Position numbers and translations under genes: made by a program. The notes beneath the pieces were generated by a model. It had not been told where the DNA came from. It saw only the letters and a list, made by a program, of their open reading frames with translations, and made no database searches. Positions 18,604 through 28,252 of a DNA stretch of 37,021 bases are shown here, one piece after another. The DNA is from DHVE2 group archaeon (GTDB lineage: Archaea > Thermoplasmatota > Thermoplasmata > Thermoplasmatales > Aciduliprofundaceae). Where the stretch lies: NCBI GenBank assembly GCA_015522955.1, contig WALG01000111.1, forward strand, positions 1 through 37,021, in the 5' to 3' direction. Position 1 is the stretch's first letter; every line of letters begins with the position of its first letter.

Positions 18604-18938
18604 TTCCATATTACTATCTTGCCTCCATTGCGCTCATTGTCATAGGAATATACGTGGTTATTGCAAAGAAGAATCTGATAAAGATAATCATTGGGCTGGA
18701 TCTCATGGATACCGGTGTGAATCTGCTTCTTATTGCCATAGGATATGTGAAGGGAGGTACTGCACCTATCGAGAATGCAAACTATGCTTTGTATGTGGAT
18801 CCCATTCCGCAGGCACTTGTGCTCACGGCCATCGTGATAGGTGTGTCTGTTATGGCCCTCGCATTATCTATGGTGATTGGACTCTACAAGAATATTGGTA
18901 CTCTTGAAATTGATGAGTTAAGGAGGGTGAAAGAATGA
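18600..18938 (+). CDS. mbxG: MBS/Mbx subunit G (MrpC-like)
   Basis: KNLIKIIIGL and DPIPQALVLTAIVIG motifs. Confidence 0.88.
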   Translation: MIPYYYLASIALIVIGIYVVIAKKNLIKIIIGLDLMDTGVNLLLIAIGYVKGGTAPIENANYALYVDPIPQALVLTAIVIGVSVMALALSMVIGLYKNIGTLEIDELRRVKE

Positions 18939-20359
18939 TGGTACAACCTGTGCTTCTCATTGCATTGCCTCTATTCTTTGCATTTTTATTGCCCCTTATA
19001 TCTCTATGGTCAAAGAAGGTGCTCAAATATGTAGTTATGGGTGTTATGGCATTCAATGCTATACTTGCGTTTATCGTGCTTATTGAGGCTCTTAAGGCAC
19101 CTATATTTGATATAATTGCAGGATTTCAGCCACCCTTGGGCATAGTGCTCATGGTCGGGCCTCTGGGAGCGTTCATTGCACTGGTTATTAATGTTGCGGC
19201 ATTTGTAATCTCGCTGTATAGCGCTACAGTTACAAAAGAACCGCTTCTAAAGTATTATATGTTATCTCTGCTCATACTCATGGGTGCTACAGGTATGGTT
19301 CTCACGGGCGATCTTTTTAATCTGTTTGTGTTCCTAGAGGTCACATCCATAGCTGCATACGGTCTGGCCTCGTACAATAAGGATAGAAAGGGATTTGAAG
19401 GTGCATTGAAGTATGTGATCATGGGCTCTATAGGCAGTTCGTTCGTACTTATAGGCATTGCCATAATCTATGCACAATTGAGAACTCTGAACATGCTGGA
19501 TATTGCCACCAGGCTGGGAGAGATGGATCCCTACACGAAGATTGTAGCCTTCGTGTCCCTGTTTCTTGGATTCGGGGTAGAAGCAGAGATGTTTCCGCTC
19601 AATGCATGGGTTCCTGAGACTTATGATGGTGCTCCGCATCCAGTTAGCGCAATGTTTGCATCCATGTCTGCAAAGTCGGGAATATTCGCTCTAGCAAGAG
19701 TAATATTCACAATATTTGCGTTTTCAAACTATCTGTGGTTTGTGGTGATAATGGGCATACTTACCGTATTCTTCGGAGAGATTATTGCCTATGTGCAGAA
19801 AAATATCAAGAGAATGCTGGCTTATTCATCTATAGGACAGATGGGTATGATAATAATGGGTTTAGGTATAGGCACCGTTCTGTCTGTTCAGGGTGCGTTT
19901 TTCCAGATGTTCTCTCATGCCATGGGCAAGGCACTGTTGTTCATTGCTGCTGGATACATGATCTACGCTGCGGGTACGGATAGAATGGATAAGATGAAGG
20001 GAATTGGACGCAATCCACTGATAGGTATACCTCTGCTAATAGGTATCTTGTCAATTATGGGCATGCCTCCTTTCATTGGATTCTACGGCAAGTTCTACAT
20101 CTTGATGGGAGGGTTTCAGCAAGGTTATTATGCAATAATCGCGCTATTCTTGGCAGCGAGCATAGTGGAGGTTGCATACTATGCAAGATTCATCAAGATC
20201 GCATTTGAAAAGAGTGAGAGAAAATATCCAGCGCCAAATATCTGGGTCTATGCACCCCTGATCATATTTGCTATCATAATCGTGCTGTTTGGCATATACC
20301 CAAAGCCGGTGATGGATATTCTATCTCATGTGGCCGCATTCCTGGCAGGAGGTGCGTAA
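18935..20359 (+). CDS. mbxH: MBS/Mbx subunit H (MrpD/NuoN-like antiporter)
   Basis: GDLFNLFVFLE, FPLNAWVP, KRMLAYSSIGQMG, HAMGKALLF and GMPPF.GF.GK motifs. Confidence 0.88.
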   Translation: MMVQPVLLIALPLFFAFLLPLISLWSKKVLKYVVMGVMAFNAILAFIVLIEALKAPIFDIIAGFQPPLGIVLMVGPLGAFIALVINVAAFVISLYSATVTKEPLLKYYMLSLLILMGATGMVLTGDLFNLFVFLEVTSIAAYGLASYNKDRKGFEGALKYVIMGSIGSSFVLIGIAIIYAQLRTLNMLDIATRLGEMDPYTKIVAFVSLFLGFGVEAEMFPLNAWVPETYDGAPHPVSAMFASMSAKSGIFALARVIFTIFAFSNYLWFVVIMGILTVFFGEIIAYVQKNIKRMLAYSSIGQMGMIIMGLGIGTVLSVQGAFFQMFSHAMGKALLFIAAGYMIYAAGTDRMDKMKGIGRNPLIGIPLLIGILSIMGMPPFIGFYGKFYILMGGFQQGYYAIIALFLAASIVEVAYYARFIKIAFEKSERKYPAPNIWVYAPLIIFAIIIVLFGIYPKPVMDILSHVAAFLAGGA

Positions 20360-20360
20360 T

Positions 20361-22172
20361 ATGGAGATTCTTGGTATATTTGGAATATTCGTGCTTGTGC
20401 CGCTTATTGGAAGCGTAATCGCTTATCTCTTCAGAAAATATGCTGTGGCAGTGGCTGCAATATTTGCCGCTGTTCCCAGCATAGCACTGTATCCGTTCTA
20501 TGACACGAATGTGAGCAGAATCATAAATATAGGGGTGAAACTGAATCTGACACTCGATCCCACAACATGGTTCTTCATGCTCATGCTCGATACACTGGCA
20601 TTTTCTGCACTTCTATTTGCAATACCATACATCAAGAAGGCACAGGGTAATTTTGCCACACTTATACTGGTGGCACTTGCAGGCGCCAATGGTGTACTCA
20701 TGGCTCGCGATTTTCTATCCCTATACATATTCTGGGAAATGATGTCATGGGCCACGTACCTGCTTATACTCCGTAAATCGGGAGAGTATGCACGCAGGTA
20801 CCTGCTGTTTGGTGTGCTATCTGCATATTTCATAATCATGGGAATTGGCATAGTTTACTATTACACAGGAAGTTTTCTGTACTCAGCAACAACGGGCATA
20901 CCCATGTCAGGATGGTTCTGGATCTTACTGTTCCTAGTACTGGGGTTTGGAGTTAAGATGGCAGTTGTTCCTCTGCATGTGTGGGCCCCCTACGCCTATT
21001 GTGCAGAGCAGCCGTTTGTGGCATTTCTCTCCGGCGGGCTCAGCAAACTTGGCACTTTTGGAATACTCATGGCCATGTACTCCATTGCCGGAATATCTAT
21101 ACTTCAAGGATTTGGAACGTTTCGAGGAGTCTCGTTGTTTGGTTATCCATTTGCGCTATTGGGTGCGATAACAGCGTTTATAGGCACTGTACTTGCAATA
21201 TTCCAGGATGACCTGCGCAAGTTGCTTGCATACTCATCAATAGGGCAGTTGGGATATGTGATGGTTGGACTCGGCCTTGGTACCTCACTTGCGCTTGGAG
21301 GTGCAATATTTCATGCGTTCAATCACGCATTTTTCAAGAGTTTGCTGTTTCTGGGCGCAGGTGCCGTGATCTATCGCACTGGAAAATATAAGATAAGCGA
21401 GATGGGTGGCCTGGGATACAAGATGCCATTCACTTTTCTGTTTGTGCTATTTGCAATATTCGCTCTTGCAGGCATACCGATTACCTCAGGCTTCATATCC
21501 AAATGGATGCTCTACGAGGCTGCCATTGCAAAGAAGTTTGTGTTCATAGCGCCTCTAATGCTCATTGCCTCTGTGGGCGCATTTTTGTACTGTTTCCGCA
21601 TCCTTTATGGTGTGTTTCTGGGCCAGTTAAGTGAGGAGCATAAAGATGTGAAAGAGGCCCCAGCACCCATGCTGGCGGCAATGTTCATCCTCATGCTTCC
21701 TCTTGTGATATTCTCGATAGTTCCCGGCTGGATACTGGGCTGGATTAGCAAGATTCTTGTATCCATGGGGCTTAAGCCTCTTGAGTACTCTACATTTGCC
21801 TACTACTCACCCATAGGCAATGCAAACATGCTGATAATGTGGATTGCATTTATGCTATTGTTCATGGTCTCGATGATAATCTTCATGATGAAAAAGGCAA
21901 GAGTTGTGGACCAACTAGATAATTATCTGGCGGGTGAGGCACCTACACAAGTGCAGTTACACGCGGCCCACAACTTTTACAAGCCTCTTAAAGACACATG
22001 GGCTCCTGTGCTGAAGTACAGTATAAACAGGGCCTATGAGAAATTCTCTCAATTCTTTGTGGAAGGATTCAAGGAGATAAGGAAGATGTACACCGAGAAT
22101 CCACAAGATTATGCGGCGTATATGGGAATTGCATTTCTCATATTTGTGCTGGTAGGATGGTGGTTGCTATGA
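20361..22172 (+). CDS. mbxH': MBS/Mbx subunit H' (second antiporter-like subunit)
   Basis: FWEMM, KMAVVPLHVW, RKLLAYSSIGQLG, NHAFFKSLLFL and GIP.TSGF.SK motifs; long C-terminal extension. Start ATG 20361 after GGAGGTG. Confidence 0.85.
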   Translation: MEILGIFGIFVLVPLIGSVIAYLFRKYAVAVAAIFAAVPSIALYPFYDTNVSRIINIGVKLNLTLDPTTWFFMLMLDTLAFSALLFAIPYIKKAQGNFATLILVALAGANGVLMARDFLSLYIFWEMMSWATYLLILRKSGEYARRYLLFGVLSAYFIIMGIGIVYYYTGSFLYSATTGIPMSGWFWILLFLVLGFGVKMAVVPLHVWAPYAYCAEQPFVAFLSGGLSKLGTFGILMAMYSIAGISILQGFGTFRGVSLFGYPFALLGAITAFIGTVLAIFQDDLRKLLAYSSIGQLGYVMVGLGLGTSLALGGAIFHAFNHAFFKSLLFLGAGAVIYRTGKYKISEMGGLGYKMPFTFLFVLFAIFALAGIPITSGFISKWMLYEAAIAKKFVFIAPLMLIASVGAFLYCFRILYGVFLGQLSEEHKDVKEAPAPMLAAMFILMLPLVIFSIVPGWILGWISKILVSMGLKPLEYSTFAYYSPIGNANMLIMWIAFMLLFMVSMIIFMMKKARVVDQLDNYLAGEAPTQVQLHAAHNFYKPLKDTWAPVLKYSINRAYEKFSQFFVEGFKEIRKMYTENPQDYAAYMGIAFLIFVLVGWWLL

Positions 22173-23137
22173 GCATTGTAAATATTCTAATTCAGAGTAC
22201 ACTCGTGGCCCTGTATCTATTTCTTGCAATATGCATAGGCTTACTGTTTATGGGTATTGCCAGGAAGGTTACAGCCAGAATACAGAATAGAGTAGGACCT
22301 CCAATATACCAGAACTTCATAGATGTGGGTAAGTTACTTGCAAAAAAGACAAATATAAAACATAACTGGATCTTCGATTTTGCCCCGCTATTTGCATTGG
22401 CGGGAGTACTTCTTGCACTTGCATATCTGCCCATGGGTGGGTATAAAATGCTTAGTGGTACTGGAGACCTTATACTTCTTCTTTACATAATAGCGATTCC
22501 GGCACTGGGCTTTGCACTGGGCTCTGGAGCATCTGCTAATCCCAATGCGGGTGTGGGTGTAATGAGAGCACTAACACTCATGCTCTCCTATGAGATGCCG
22601 TTTTTACTGGTACTTCTGGCGCTTATGATATTCTACAACACTGCATCTCTCTCCACACTGCTTGAAAAGCAGATGAGTTTTGCCTGGGGTATAGTTGCAC
22701 TTCCTATCTCCGCGTTGGCTGCGGATATAGCATTGCAGGGTATGATGATGGAAAAGCCTTTCGATATACCCATAGCACCCCACGAGATAGCATCTGGGCC
22801 TCTCGTGGAGTTTGGAGGCAAGTATCTGGGCATGCTGATGCTTTACTCTGCGGGAAGTGTTGTTCTCGAGACCACGTTGTTCGTGGATCTGTTTCTGGGA
22901 GGTGGTGTGGTACTCAATCCTGCAACCTATGGCGTTGTTGCCTATGTGGTAAACTACCTAGTATGGTTTGCGCTTATATTTGTGGTCTGGATGATTGCAG
23001 TATTCATCAATGCTGTATTCCCAAGATTCAGAATTGAGCAGGCATTCAAGTTCTACTGGAAATGGCCTACGGTAATTGCAGCCATAGGTCTGGCTCAGGC
23101 GTATATAATGTCTGTGTTTCTGGGGGTGATACCATGA
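22169..23137 (+). CDS. mbxM: MBS/Mbx subunit M (NuoH-like)
   Basis: RKVTARIQNRVGPP, PFDIP.A..EI.SGP.VEFGG and PRFRIEQ motifs. Confidence 0.88.
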   Translation: MSIVNILIQSTLVALYLFLAICIGLLFMGIARKVTARIQNRVGPPIYQNFIDVGKLLAKKTNIKHNWIFDFAPLFALAGVLLALAYLPMGGYKMLSGTGDLILLLYIIAIPALGFALGSGASANPNAGVGVMRALTLMLSYEMPFLLVLLALMIFYNTASLSTLLEKQMSFAWGIVALPISALAADIALQGMMMEKPFDIPIAPHEIASGPLVEFGGKYLGMLMLYSAGSVVLETTLFVDLFLGGGVVLNPATYGVVAYVVNYLVWFALIFVVWMIAVFINAVFPRFRIEQAFKFYWKWPTVIAAIGLAQAYIMSVFLGVIP

Positions 23138-23682
23138 CCGATAACCCCAATCCCCTGCCGAGCATAATACCTGAGAAAGATTGGAAAAAGATACAGAGAA
23201 TGCTCTCAAAGCGCTCACTATGGATGATACATTTCTGCACTGGATGCGGAGCAATGGAGATGCCACCCACAATGACCTCTAGGTACGATATGGAGAGATT
23301 TGGAATAATACCCATGGCCACTCCCAGACAGGCAGACCTGTTGCTTGTAACAGGGTATGTGGCTGTCAAAACGTTAAAGAGAATAGTGCGTGTGTATGAG
23401 CAAATGCAGGATCCAAAATATGTAATATCGTTTGGCTCGTGCCCCATAAATGGTGGACTCTACTGGGATTCATATAATACAATAAAACGTCTTGATAAGT
23501 ATATACCGGTGGATCTCTATATTGCTGGGTGTATGCCAAGGCCTGAGGCAATAATGGATGCGTTTCTCAAACTTATGAAAGATATTGATGAGGGCCGTGC
23601 AGATGGCTGGCTCAGGTATCGTAAGTACTATGATAAGTACAGAGCCAATCAAATGCGTGTATTCAAGAGGTGGGATGAATGA
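23134..23682 (+). CDS. mbxJ: MBS/Mbx subunit J (NuoB-like Fe-S subunit)
   Basis: CTGCGAME, TPRQAD, GSC and IAGCMPRPE motifs. Start ATG 23134 after GGGGGTGA. Confidence 0.9.
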   Translation: MTDNPNPLPSIIPEKDWKKIQRMLSKRSLWMIHFCTGCGAMEMPPTMTSRYDMERFGIIPMATPRQADLLLVTGYVAVKTLKRIVRVYEQMQDPKYVISFGSCPINGGLYWDSYNTIKRLDKYIPVDLYIAGCMPRPEAIMDAFLKLMKDIDEGRADGWLRYRKYYDKYRANQMRVFKRWDE

Positions 23683-24176
23683 AGGCTATAGAGATATTTA
23701 AAGAACTGGGTATTGAGTATGAAGAGATGAAGGTTAAGGGAAACAGCACTCCAAGATATAGAGCAAAGGTTGAGCCTGATAAACTGGAGGAGATTATTAA
23801 GAAGTTCAAAACTCAGGGATTCAAGCACTTTGTAGCCTTGAGTTGTGTAGACTGGATAAAGGAGGGTAATATGGAACTGATCTATCATCTATTCAGTTAC
23901 GATACTCTTGAGGATGTATTCCTTAGCATATACCTGCCCAGAGATGAGCCAAAATACAAAACGTTGCGGCATTTATTTCCTCAGATAGAAACCTATGAAC
24001 GTGAGGTTCACGAGATGTTTGGCGTGGAGTTTGAGGGCAATGATAGACTCGGCGAGTTCATACTGGAGGACTGGAATGATATGCCCCCAATGCGTAAGGA
24101 TTTCGATACTGTAAAATATGTAAAAGAGAAGTATGAGAGTGTGCCGCTTGTGGAGGGAAGGGGTGATAAGCAATGA
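23679..24176 (+). CDS. mbxK: MBS/Mbx subunit K (NuoC-like)
   Basis: YEREVHEMFGVEFEG and PPMRKDF motifs. Confidence 0.88.
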   Translation: MKAIEIFKELGIEYEEMKVKGNSTPRYRAKVEPDKLEEIIKKFKTQGFKHFVALSCVDWIKEGNMELIYHLFSYDTLEDVFLSIYLPRDEPKYKTLRHLFPQIETYEREVHEMFGVEFEGNDRLGEFILEDWNDMPPMRKDFDTVKYVKEKYESVPLVEGRGDKQ

Positions 24177-25300
24177 AAGAGTTTGAGATATTTGTGGGAC
24201 CTCAGCATGTGGGTGCTACAGGAAACATGATGTATCATGTATGGGTTGATGGAGATACCGTTGTTAAGGCTGAGACTCATGTGGGCTATCTTCATCGGGC
24301 ATTTGAAAAACTGATGGAGCGACGTTCATGGCTCATGAATGTGGCGCTTATACCCAGAATATGCGTTCCTGAGCCGGATGTTAATGAAGCATCCTATGCC
24401 ATGGCTGTAGAGAGTCTTATGAACTGGGATATTCCCGAGAGAGCAAAGTATATTCGCAGTATAGTTTTAGAACTTGCAAGATTGAGCGGACATCTTCTTG
24501 CCATAAGCGGATATGCAGGTGCAATTGGTCTCTACACCGTGCCTCAGTGGCTTATAGGAGATAGAGATTACCTGCTCGATCTGTTTGAGCAACTCACAGG
24601 CGGCAGAGTTTATCACATCTTTATATTCCCTGGTGGAGTGCGCTGGGATCTGCCTGACGGATTTCTGCGCAAACTTGGCAAGGTTCTTGATTATCTAGAA
24701 TCTCGGCTAAAACTTTATGATGACCTTCTGTTTCAGAACAAAGTATTTTTTGAGAGAGCCCCCGATGTGGGTGTGATACCTAAAGATAAGGCCATAGAAT
24801 GGGGTGTCACAGGTCCAAATCTAAGAGCCTGCGGCTATGCTTACGATGTAAGAAGAGTGGATCCCTATGCTGCATATCCTGACCTGGATTTTGAAATTCC
24901 ACATTACCCAAAATTCGGGGAGTTTGAAGTTCTTGGCCATGGTTGCGATTGCTATTCTCGCATGGTTGTGAGAAGGCTTGAGATTGAGCAAAGCATAAGG
25001 ATTCTAAGACAGATCATAAAAAAGATACCTGATGGACCGCATACTCTCAAACTTCCAAATCCCATTGCTTGGAAGGTACCTGCAGGCTATGCATATGCCC
25101 GTGTTGAGAGTTCAAAGGGTGAGTTTGGATACCTGGTGATAAGCGATGGAGGAAAGGTGCCGTACAGAGTGCATGTTAGAGGGCCCTCCTACACCCATGG
25201 AATAAATGTAATGGAGAAGATTGCTCCGGGGTTGAATATTGCAGATTTCGCTCCTACAGCATTCAGTTTGGATGTGTGTCCTCCAGATATTGAGAGGTGA
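24173..25300 (+). CDS. mbxL: MBS/Mbx catalytic subunit L (NuoD-like sulfane sulfur reductase, no NiFe site)
   Basis: GPQH and GYLHRAFEKL motifs. RICVPEPD and DVCPPDIER each keep only the first Cys of the hydrogenase CxxC pairs, as in Thermococcales MbsL. Confidence 0.88.
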   Translation: MKEFEIFVGPQHVGATGNMMYHVWVDGDTVVKAETHVGYLHRAFEKLMERRSWLMNVALIPRICVPEPDVNEASYAMAVESLMNWDIPERAKYIRSIVLELARLSGHLLAISGYAGAIGLYTVPQWLIGDRDYLLDLFEQLTGGRVYHIFIFPGGVRWDLPDGFLRKLGKVLDYLESRLKLYDDLLFQNKVFFERAPDVGVIPKDKAIEWGVTGPNLRACGYAYDVRRVDPYAAYPDLDFEIPHYPKFGEFEVLGHGCDCYSRMVVRRLEIEQSIRILRQIIKKIPDGPHTLKLPNPIAWKVPAGYAYARVESSKGEFGYLVISDGGKVPYRVHVRGPSYTHGINVMEKIAPGLNIADFAPTAFSLDVCPPDIER

Positions 25301-25304
25301 TGAA

Positions 25305-25784
25305 ATGAGCATAGTAAAACCATTTAAGGCATTAAAGCATCTTGCGAAGCATCCCCATACCGTGAGATATCCTTATCAGAATCATTTGGATATTGAGGGA
25401 GTTCCGCTTCCGACGGAGCGATACAGGGGCTTTCACTCTAATAATATTGAGACATGCATAGGGTGCCAGTTATGTGCCAAGGTATGCCCTGCCAATGCAA
25501 TCACGTACGTGAAAATTGAGAATGCAGGAAAGAAGGGGCTAAAATGGAGACCTGTGATAGACTATGGTCGATGCTGTTATTGCGGTTTCTGTACGGATAT
25601 ATGTCCCACAAAGTCGCTGATCTTAACACCCAGATATGAACTTATAAGCAAGAAGGTGGAAGATTACAAGTTTATACCTACAGTGCAGGTTCGAGAGCAC
25701 AAAGAGCATTATATCTCGCTCAATGAGGTGCTTTTCTCTCCCGAAGAATACAAACCTCCTAAGGAAACCCAAGAAAAAGAGTAA
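25305..25784 (+). CDS. mbxN: MBS/Mbx subunit N (NuoI-like, 2x[4Fe-4S])
   Basis: CIGCQLCAKVCP and CCYCGFCTDICP motifs. Start ATG 25305 after GAGGTGA. Confidence 0.9.
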   Translation: MSIVKPFKALKHLAKHPHTVRYPYQNHLDIEGVPLPTERYRGFHSNNIETCIGCQLCAKVCPANAITYVKIENAGKKGLKWRPVIDYGRCCYCGFCTDICPTKSLILTPRYELISKKVEDYKFIPTVQVREHKEHYISLNEVLFSPEEYKPPKETQEKE

Positions 25785-25827
25785 TTTTTGAGGAAACTCT
25801 TTATATTCTAATTTCTTTCTTGCTTTG

Positions 25828-26559
25828 ATGCATGTTCTTAAAATTGGCGGTGCTGCACTCACCGATAAGCACACGGGTAGAAGTTATGTGGAAGACGTGG
25901 CTGTAAGAGTTGCCAAAGAACTCAAACCTGAAAAACGTTATGTGATTGTGCATGGCGTGGGCTATGAGGGGCATCATCTTGCTAAGAAATACTCACTTCA
26001 TAAGGGATTACAAGATAATCAATGGCAATGGGCTCATGTTAGGGTTCGAGTTAAGGAGATTACACGGAGTATAGTGAACATTCTTGTCAAGCATGGGCAT
26101 CCTGCGGTGGAGGTATCCACGGCGGATATTCTCAAGACATGGAACGGCAGGATAGTGTATTTCAATCTTGAGACAATTCGGGAGTTTTTAGAGAAGGGGT
26201 TCATTCCCGTGATGCACTCTGATGGTGCCATAGATGAGAAATTAGGGCTTGTTGTGGTGTCTGGAGATACTATTGCCACAGATATCGCTCTGCGTCTTGG
26301 AGCAAAAAAACTCATCTACGGCACAGATGTGGATGGAGTGCTTGATTCTCAGGGCAACATTATTCCAAGACTGAGACGGGAGGATCTAGATAGTCTGGAT
26401 ATCTGGGAGATTGGAGATTTCTCAGGAGGGATGAAGAAGAAGATTGAAGAGTCCATGCGCACCCGAAACCTTATAATTCAGATAATAAATCTGCGTAAAG
26501 ACGGAATGCTTGCAAGAGCGCTTAACGGTGAGAGTGTGGGCACGATAATTGAGGGGTGA
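25828..26559 (+). CDS. ipk: Isopentenyl phosphate kinase-like protein (amino acid kinase superfamily)
   Basis: LKIGGAALTDK, IVHG.G..GH, VVSGD, GTDVDGV and SGGMKKK motifs. TTTATA about 24 nt upstream suggests a leaderless transcript. Confidence 0.78.
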   Translation: MHVLKIGGAALTDKHTGRSYVEDVAVRVAKELKPEKRYVIVHGVGYEGHHLAKKYSLHKGLQDNQWQWAHVRVRVKEITRSIVNILVKHGHPAVEVSTADILKTWNGRIVYFNLETIREFLEKGFIPVMHSDGAIDEKLGLVVVSGDTIATDIALRLGAKKLIYGTDVDGVLDSQGNIIPRLRREDLDSLDIWEIGDFSGGMKKKIEESMRTRNLIIQIINLRKDGMLARALNGESVGTIIEG

Positions 26560-26563
26560 TTAG

Positions 26564-27256
26564 GTGACGCTATGGGTTGATGTGGTTATAGGCATCTTGG
26601 AACTTCTTTACACGTTCTTCATTGTAATGGTTATGGACCGCGCAGTCAAGCGTGGATTTCCACAGGACATATCACGTAAGATTGTGCATATGTGGGCAGG
26701 AGGACTTGTGATATTCTGGTTTTTCTATACGACCTCCTGGGGATTGTATATATTTCTAATTACTCCTGCAATCTGGGTACTTTTATTGGTATACACAGCG
26801 CTTACCAAGAGTTCTGATGATCCTACAGTACGAAGTATGACGCGGACGGGTAACCCCAAAGAACTGTTGCTCGGAGTGTTGTTCTTTCCGCTGATGATAA
26901 TAATTATCACGCTAATTGGATATCGCACAATTGAGGGTGTTGTGGCCGTAGCCTCTGTGGGATTTGGAGATGGCATTGCACCCATTGTGGGCAAATATTA
27001 CGGGATACATAAGTATCGACTTCTGGGCAGAGAGAAGAGTTTAGAAGGTTCTCTGGGTGTGTATCTGGGCACCGTAGTCTCTTCACTTCTGCTATCACAG
27101 GCATTCTTTGGAATGTGGGATTCTATGCGCATATTTCTCGCTGCTCTCATAGCGGTAGTTCTAGAAGCCGTATCTCCAAGAGATGTGGACAATTTTATAG
27201 TTCCTCTGGGAGTATGGGCATTTTTTCACTATCTGCTGGGCATGAGCATGTTGTGA
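26564..27256 (+). CDS. CTP-dependent polyprenol kinase (phytol/farnesol/dolichol kinase family)
   Basis: SRKIVHMWAG, GFGDGIAPIVGK.YG, KSLEGS and DNFIVP motifs; multi-TM. Confidence 0.8.
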   Translation: MTLWVDVVIGILELLYTFFIVMVMDRAVKRGFPQDISRKIVHMWAGGLVIFWFFYTTSWGLYIFLITPAIWVLLLVYTALTKSSDDPTVRSMTRTGNPKELLLGVLFFPLMIIIITLIGYRTIEGVVAVASVGFGDGIAPIVGKYYGIHKYRLLGREKSLEGSLGVYLGTVVSSLLLSQAFFGMWDSMRIFLAALIAVVLEAVSPRDVDNFIVPLGVWAFFHYLLGMSML

Positions 27257-27294
27257 GCGAAAAAATAAAATTCATCACGGTCTATAGGATGGGT

Positions 27295-27588
27295 ATGAGA
27301 CTCTACGATTTCAAAAGAGGACATAGAAAAACGCTTGAAGGAATTAAAGAGATTATGAAAGAACTGTTTGGCGAGGTGCGAGAAGAGCACGGGCATCTTG
27401 TCTCTTCGTATCTTGGGCTGGAACGCATAGAGGTCTGGCCTGAGGATAAGAGAATTGCTATAGATACAAAATCACGAAAGGTGGAAAGCGATGAAGCGCA
27501 GAAGACGCTGAGAGTATGGAACGAGTTTTTGTATCGTGTTACAGGCTATACAGCAAAGGAGAGAAAGAAGAAGATGACAAAGACATGA
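27295..27588 (+). CDS. DUF5611-family protein
   Basis: Y.FKRG N-terminus and WNEFL..VTGYTAKERKKK C-terminus. Start ATG 27295. Confidence 0.75.
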   Translation: MRLYDFKRGHRKTLEGIKEIMKELFGEVREEHGHLVSSYLGLERIEVWPEDKRIAIDTKSRKVESDEAQKTLRVWNEFLYRVTGYTAKERKKKMTKT

Positions 27589-27592
27589 TGCT

Positions 27593-28030
27593 TTATTTAT
27601 GTATCTCCATAATCTCAGCATTCTGATATTCCAGAATTTTTTCAGGTGTGATTTTTAGCAATTTGTCTATTTTTCCACCTCCACCAATCACATAATCGTG
27701 GTTCATAACCCTCGAATCGATGATTGTGAGAAGAGAGATACCCACAGGAGGTACACCGCCAATCTCGTAGTTTGTAAGTTCTCTAACCTCCCGGGGAGTG
27801 GCAAATCTGCATTTGCCAAATCTTCGCTCTAATTTTTTAAAATCAAGTTTGGAACTTCCATCTAAAATTGCGAGGATGGGTTGTTTATCGCATACCAATA
27901 TCAGAGATTTTATTATCATGTTTTCAGAGGCTCCTGTTGCCTGTGTTGCCTGCTTTACAGTCTTCACAACCTTACCAGTATCAAGAATCTCTGCGTCCAG
28001 AGCCTTGGCTATATCTTCAAGAGCAGTCAT
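27593..28030 (-). CDS. YbaK/aminoacyl-tRNA deacylase family protein
   Basis: IIKSLIL, RFAT..EV.ELT.Y.IGGVPPVG and GGG motifs. Start ATG 28030. Confidence 0.85.
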   Translation of the reverse strand: MTALEDIAKALDAEILDTGKVVKTVKQATQATGASENMIIKSLILVCDKQPILAILDGSSKLDFKKLERRFGKCRFATPREVRELTNYEIGGVPPVGISLLTIIDSRVMNHDYVIGGGGKIDKLLKITPEKILEYQNAEIMEIHK

Positions 28031-28252
28031 CCGATGCTTATTGAGTAAATGTTTAATAATATTTTCTCCATATTCTAAAGGCAAAAATTTAAGAGAACAA
28101 GTACATTATTGTTACTATGAAAGATAATCTGAGCAAGATTAGAATTACTCAGGATAAATTTTTCAATCCCAGCCCAATCTATACGTTGAAAATTGTCACT
28201 TTATTTGATGTGGAGAATGAAATGAGAGGTCTGGCTCAGTAAGGGATTAAAT

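Noticed and set aside
24173..25300. Group 4 [NiFe]-hydrogenase large subunit
   Set aside because: Both CxxC nickel-binding motifs are broken (CVPE, CPPD).
16496..25784. Canonical NADH:quinone oxidoreductase or stand-alone Mrp antiporter
   Set aside because: There is no NADH-input module, and the Mrp-like genes are coupled to NuoH/B/C/D/I-like genes in Mbx order.
28085..28252. Short inverted repeats in the ybaK-MFS intergenic region
   Set aside because: They are AT-rich and short enough to be expected by chance, and no defined RNA or MITE structure is evident.
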